Source of the DNA: Candidatus Electronema aureum
GTDB taxonomy: Bacteria > Desulfobacterota > Desulfobulbia > Desulfobulbales > Desulfobulbaceae
Assembly (NCBI GenBank): GCA_004284765.1
Contig: NQJD01000064.1
Location: 1-8,501 of the forward strand
Length of the DNA stretch: 8,501 nucleotides
Direction of reading: 5' to 3'
Shown: positions 5,961 to 8,501 of the stretch, piece after piece
Numbering within the stretch: position 1 is the stretch's first letter
How the letters are laid out: each line of letters opens with the position of its first letter
Translations under genes and position numbers: made by a program
Notes under the pieces: generated by a model
What the model saw: only the letters and a program-made list of their open reading frames with translations
Told to the model about the DNA's origin: nothing
Databases searched by the model: none

Positions 5961-6383
5961 GTGAAAAAGAATACTCTCATCTCGTCGCCTGTCACCAGTG
6001 CTGCAAAGAAAGCAGCCGGACGCGCCGTCCTGTTTGTCGCATCGTTTCTTGTGCTTTCGCTGATTGCCTGCAATGGCCCTGCCGGGCCGGCGGGAGAGAC
6101 CGGTAAAACAGGCAATACTGGTAACACAGGAGACACAGGTTATACAGGAGCGCAAGGAAACCAAGGCAACCAAGGCAACACTGGAAATCACGGCAAAGCC
6201 GGAGCTGATGGTGCGCAAGGCAACCAAGGTAACACCGGGGATACCGGAGACACAGGAAACACTGGCAACACTGGAAATACCGGCAAAGCCGGAGCTGACG
6301 GTGCGCAAGGCAACCAAGGTAACACCGGAGACACCGGCAAAAAAGGCTCAGGCGCTACAATAATTATCGAAAAAAAAGAATAA
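5961..6383 (+). CDS. Small lipoprotein with a collagen-like (Gly-X-Y)31 mature region, 140 aa precursor
   Basis: The GTG at 5961 is preceded by AAGGGA. The signal peptide [36 protein letters not shown] has the lipobox L-I-A-C (Cys codon 6069-6071). It is followed by an uninterrupted [30 protein letters not shown]...GDTGKKGSG run and a 9-residue tail, ATIIIEKKE. The ORF-track start at 5928 is a TTG that adds 11 residues. Confidence 0.8.
   Translation: MKKNTLISSPVTSAAKKAAGRAVLFVASFLVLSLIACNGPAGPAGETGKTGNTGNTGDTGYTGAQGNQGNQGNTGNHGKAGADGAQGNQGNTGDTGDTGNTGNTGNTGKAGADGAQGNQGNTGDTGKKGSGATIIIEKKE
6075..6353 (+). repeat. 9-bp-periodic coding repeat (31 Gly-X-Y triplets) with an internal 90-bp duplication
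   Basis: GGN-NNN-NNN periodicity is visible throughout. The segments at about 6174-6246 and about 6264-6336 are near-identical, both reading GGCAACACTGGAAAT..CGGCAAAGCCGGAGCTGA.GGTGCGCAAGGCAACCAAGGTAACACCGG. Confidence 0.9.
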
Positions 6384-6506
6384 GAAGAATAACAGTCAAG
6401 TTTATGAACTGCGGACGTTTGAGTGGTCAGCAGACATGTTGGAAGGGAAGTGTTTGGCAGTTCGTGGAGGTTCCTCTGAATTCCGGGCTGGTTCAAAAAA
6501 ATATCT

Positions 6507-6526
6507 CAGCAATGGACTCATTGCCG
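6507..6526 (+). promoter_or_regulatory. Conserved 5'-leader hairpin, copy 2
   Basis: CAGCAATG (6507-6514) pairs with CATTGCCG (6519-6526), 7 of 8 pairs, around a 4-nt loop. Its position relative to the GTG start at 6554 matches copy 1. Confidence 0.25.
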
Positions 6527-6553
6527 ATCGCATTCACTAAGGGAGCAACTGCC

Positions 6554-7014
6554 GTGAAAAAGAATACTCTCACCTCGTCGCCTGTCACCAGCACTGCAAA
6601 GAAAGCAGCCGGACACGCCGCCCTGTTTATGGGCTTGTGCCTTATGCTTTCACTGACTGCCTGCACTGGCCCTCGCGCGGCCCTCGTGGAAATACTGGCA
6701 ATACCGGAAATACTGGCAACACGGGGGTTTCTGGAGACACCGGCTACACAGGTGCAACTGGGGCCACTGGTGCGCAAGGAAACCAAGGCAATACAGGAGA
6801 TACCGGAGACACTGGTTATACAGGTGCCACCGGAGCGCAGGGAAACACCGGCAACACCGGGGATACTGGGGCTGATGGTGCGCAAGGAAACCAAGGCAAC
6901 ACTGGAGATACCGGAGACACTGGTTATACAGGTGCCACCGGAGCCACAGGAAGGACTGGAAATACTGGCAACAGAGGCCCAGGTGCTACTGTGATTGTTC
7001 AACCAGAATTATGA
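6554..7014 (+). pseudogene. Paralogous collagen-like lipoprotein gene, frameshifted as sequenced (signal peptide and Gly-X-Y region lie in different frames)
   Basis: The GTG at 6554 gives [36 protein letters not shown] (lipobox L-T-A-C, Cys codon 6662-6664), then T-G-P-R. The (Gly-X-Y)34 run, [10 protein letters not shown]...GNRGPG, and the tail ATVIVQPEL are in the other frame (6679-7014). Removing the GC at 6677-6678 from CGCGCG (6674-6679) gives a continuous ...C-T-GPR-GPR-GNT... register. Confidence 0.6.
6679..6984 (+). repeat. 9-bp-periodic coding repeat (34 Gly-X-Y triplets) with an internal 108-bp duplication
   Basis: The segments 6769-6836 and 6877-6944 are 65/68 identical. Both read GGTGCGCAAGGAAACCAAGGCAA....GGAGATACCGGAGACACTGGTTATACAGGTGCCACCGGAGC. 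Confidence 0.9.
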
Positions 7015-7055
7015 ACCGCAGACGATTCAGCGGCCAGCAGAAAGGAAAGGAGAAC

Positions 7056-7364
7056 ATGATGTCAGAATATGAAAAACACCCTAGTCACTTTGCGATGTTT
7101 TTTTTGATGGGCGGTGCGTTAGGCGCATTAGCAGGTATTTTCCTCGCCCCGAAATCGGGCAAAAGATTGCGGGCTGATCTCAGGAATAAAGGCAGCGAGG
7201 CGGTCGATGACACCAAGGAAATGTACGCTGATGTGAGCACTAAGGCAAAAGAGATCATTGAGGAAGCCGAGCATCAGGCAGAAGCTCTGAAGAAGGAAGC
7301 GGAACGCTATCTCTCAGAGGCCCGCCTGCGGGTGAAAGAAATCTTTGCCCGCAGTGAAGAATAG
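7056..7364 (+). CDS. YtxH-domain protein (general-stress-type small membrane-anchored protein), 102 aa
   Basis: AAAGGAAAGGAG (7041-7052) precedes the ATG at 7056. An N-terminal glycine-zipper helix, FFLMGGALGALAGIFLAPKSGKRLRADL, carries the YtxH hallmark APKSGKxLR. A charged helical tail follows. The ORF-track start at 7011 adds 15 residues that are unlikely. Confidence 0.85.
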   Translation: MMSEYEKHPSHFAMFFLMGGALGALAGIFLAPKSGKRLRADLRNKGSEAVDDTKEMYADVSTKAKEIIEEAEHQAEALKKEAERYLSEARLRVKEIFARSEE

Positions 7365-7402
7365 AAAGACTGAGCAGCCGAGTCTGAACCTCTGGAGAGG
7401 CC

Positions 7403-7816
7403 ATGGAAATACTGCTGGTGGTCAGCGTTACGGTCATTGCGGCGGTCATGGTGATGAGGGCTGTTTTTGAAATTCTTGCTCTTGTCCAAGTTCGCCGTAC
7501 TGCTCGAGAGGCCGAGAAATTACTTGCTTCGGTCAGCCATGAAGTCGGTTTGATTTCCAGTGAAGTCAAAAGTCTTGTTCAGTTCATTCAGGAGCAGGCG
7601 GAACGAGTCGAAGACAGTATTGAAACCTTTCATGACATGGCAGCTTGGATGAAAGCGTTTCAGTCAGAGGTTAAACCGGGCATCGAAGAAACCCTCTTGC
7701 AGCTGGCCGCAGTCCTTGGCGGTGTTCGGCGAGGCGTCGAAGCCGTCACCAGCAGCATGCATGGCAAGAAGCCAGATTCTGAAAAATCGCAGCACCGGAG
7801 AAATAGAAATGAATGA
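7403..7816 (+). CDS. DUF948-like membrane-anchored coiled-coil protein (YtxG-type), 137 aa
   Basis: GGAGAGG precedes the ATG at 7403. The N-terminal TM helix ILLVVSVTVIAAVMVMRAVF is followed by helical heptad-like segments (REAEKLLASVSHEVGLISSEVKSLVQFIQEQAERVEDSIE). It is adjacent to a YtxH gene, as in ytxGH-type loci. The family call comes from architecture and context only. Confidence 0.65.
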   Translation: MEILLVVSVTVIAAVMVMRAVFEILALVQVRRTAREAEKLLASVSHEVGLISSEVKSLVQFIQEQAERVEDSIETFHDMAAWMKAFQSEVKPGIEETLLQLAAVLGGVRRGVEAVTSSMHGKKPDSEKSQHRRNRNE

Positions 7817-7994
7817 GCATTCAAGCGTGAAAGATCGCGCAGAAGGACAATTCCATCAAGTAAATGGAAAGATCAAAGAAGTTGTCGGGAATATGTTTAA
7901 TAATCAAGAACTGGAAGCCGAGGGCAGGAAAGAAAACTTGTCAGGCAAAGTTCAGGATAAAGTCGGCCAAGTCGAGAAAGTGCTAGGCATGTAG
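7809..7994 (+). CDS. CsbD-family stress-response protein, 61 aa
   Basis: GGAG (7797-7800) precedes the ATG at 7809. The sequence KDRAEGQFHQVNGKIKEVVGNMFNNQELEAEGRKENLSGKVQDKVGQVEKVLG matches the two-repeat CsbD pattern, and the size is typical. The start overlaps the DUF948 stop (ATGAATGA, 7809-7816). The ORF-track start at 7716 is an antecedent in-frame extension. Confidence 0.85.
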   Translation: MNEHSSVKDRAEGQFHQVNGKIKEVVGNMFNNQELEAEGRKENLSGKVQDKVGQVEKVLGM

Positions 7995-8002
7995 GGATAA
8001 CT

Positions 8003-8037
8003 GAAGAAAAGCAGGCAAGTTAGCCTGAGTTTTCTTC
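8003..8037 (+). terminator. Terminator-like hairpin closing the putative operon
   Basis: GAAGAAAA (8003-8010) pairs with TTTTCTTC (8030-8037). CAGGC (8012-8016) pairs with GCCTG (8023-8027) around a 6-nt loop. The hairpin starts 9 nt after the csbD-like stop. There is no separate 3' U-tract beyond the Us in the descending arm. Confidence 0.45.
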
Positions 8038-8064
8038 AAGAAGCAGCAAAGGAGTTTGTTTGTA

Positions 8065-8235
8065 ATGAAGAGTGAAAAGCCAAGAAGAAAGGGTCAAGGC
8101 GTAGTGGAATTTCGGCAAATACTAGGTGGGATTTATTATACTGCCGGGAAGCGCACTGATCACCAGAAGATGAAGAGAGAAGAAAGAGAAGAAGATGCAG
8201 TCAGCGGTAAGGTTGAAGAAGCACCTGGAGTGTAA
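8065..8235 (+). CDS. Possible small ORF (56 aa), charged; perhaps a degenerate CsbD-like remnant
   Basis: AAAGGAG (8049-8055) lies 9 nt before the ATG at 8065. The translation is MKSEKPRRKGQGVVEFRQILGGIYYTAGKRTDHQKMKREEREEDAVSGKVEEAPGV. The ORF is below the ORF-track size cutoff. I recognise no family motif except a weak ...SGKV... resemblance to the CsbD C-terminus. Confidence 0.3.
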   Translation: MKSEKPRRKGQGVVEFRQILGGIYYTAGKRTDHQKMKREEREEDAVSGKVEEAPGV

Positions 8236-8298
8236 GCAGGATTGAAAGGATAACGCAGAAGAAGCAGGCAACCTAATGTGCAACTCTTTTAAACTTGA

Positions 8299-8501
8299 TT
8301 AGGCAGCAATCAAGCCATCCAAGTCAAGTGGAGGGCGGTTATAGACCAAATTAAGGAAGACACAAACAGTGTGTGCCAAAATTTTACGAATCAGACGGTG
8401 TTGAAAATGCCAAAGATCGTGTACACGAATCTGATCTATTTTGAAACGTCTTGTCAAATGTGAGCCTACTGTTTCGATACGCTTTCTGATACGTCTACAG
8501 A
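8299..8501 (-). mobile_element. 3' end (C-terminal 66 codons) of a DDE transposase gene, IS982-like (IS4/IS5 superfamily); the element continues off the right edge
   Basis: The reverse-strand frame is open from the window edge (8499) to TAA (complement of 8299-8301). It reads CRRIRKRIETVGSHLTRRFKIDQIRVHDLWHFQHRLIRKILAHTVCVFLNLVYNRPPLDLDGLIAA. The R-x3-E (RKRIE) block followed by ...RKILAHT... is the C-terminal catalytic-Glu region typical of IS982/IS4-type transposases, from memory. The ORF track misses it because no start codon lies in the window. Confidence 0.55.

Larger units (their letters stand above)
5905..7043 (+). repeat. Tandem gene duplication: two paralogous units of roughly 0.53-0.55 kb (about 5905-6436 and about 6497-7043)
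   Basis: The leader, the signal-peptide coding region (near-identical over about 120 nt) and the Gly-X-Y body are shared. A roughly 33-bp 3' flank is also shared: ATGAACTGCGGACGTTTGAGTGGTCAGCAGA at 6404 versus ATGAACCGCAGACGATTCAGCGGCCAGCAGA at 7011. Confidence 0.8.

Noticed and set aside
6455-6480. TGGCAGTTCGTGGAGG as a second sigma-54 promoter in front of the second collagen-like gene.
   Set aside because: It has the -24 TGGCA element but lacks the obligatory GC / TTGC -12 element at the correct spacing.
6075-6984. Whether the highly periodic region could be a CRISPR array or a non-coding satellite.
   Set aside because: The period is 9 bp with strict codon structure, and there is no repeat/spacer alternation in the 25-40 bp range. 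It sits inside ORFs with signal peptides.
6404-6994. The 196-aa ORF taken at face value as one protein.
   Set aside because: It fuses intergenic sequence, the copy-2 signal peptide and the out-of-frame reading of the repeat. Copy 1 shows that the true gene starts at the GTG equivalent to 6554. The shared MN..R.SGQQ beginning with ORF 7011 reflects the duplicated 3' flank, not a conserved protein.
5912-7002. Many long ORFs in other frames and on the minus strand across the Gly-X-Y arrays: 5912..6136 -, 5952..6317 -, 6064..6363 +, 6188..6496 -, 6493..7002 -, and 5840..6106 +.
   Set aside because: These are artefacts of the GGN-AAY/GAY-ACN codon periodicity, which removes stop codons from several frames. 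They have no start context or signal sequence of their own, and their translations are low-complexity mirrors of the repeat. Only the frame with lipobox plus Gly-X-Y makes biological sense.
7255-7569. Minus-strand ORFs 7255..7569 and 7307..7489, which span the junction between the YtxH and DUF948 genes.
   Set aside because: They are antisense to two RBS-led genes with recognisable family features. They have no supporting signals.

Overview
This is a bacterial chromosomal window, mid-50s % G+C in the housekeeping parts, with nearly all genes on the + strand and Shine-Dalgarno-led starts. The taxon cannot be assigned without a database search.

Gene order: (1) the 5' tip of a divergent gene; (2) trmL, a SpoU-type tRNA 2'-O-methyltransferase; (3) an AT-rich orphan gene for a single-pass membrane protein; (4) serC plus a terminator; (5) an AT-rich two-gene islet encoding an ABC/SMC-head-type ATPase and a tightly coupled 162-aa protein with a Toprim-like E...GG...DxD pattern; (6) a PAS-domain sigma-54 enhancer-binding protein (bEBP); (7) a palindrome and a near-consensus sigma-54 (-24/-12) promoter; (8) two tandem paralogous genes for very small lipoproteins whose mature parts are almost pure collagen-like Gly-X-Y repeats, the second copy broken by a 2-nt frameshift in a CGCGCG tract; (9) a YtxH / DUF948-like / CsbD-like stress-type trio ending in a hairpin; (10) a small uncertain ORF; (11) the 3' end of an IS982-like DDE transposase gene running off the right edge on the - strand.

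The two most interesting items:
(a) The ATPase + mini-Toprim-like pair is a candidate compact anti-phage system. It follows the logic of OLD, PARIS and AbiL, but the effector is unusually small.
(b) The sigma-54/PAS-bEBP-controlled locus of lipid-anchored mini-collagens appears to be co-transcribed with the stress-protein genes.

All family assignments rest on motif recognition by eye. No searches were run.
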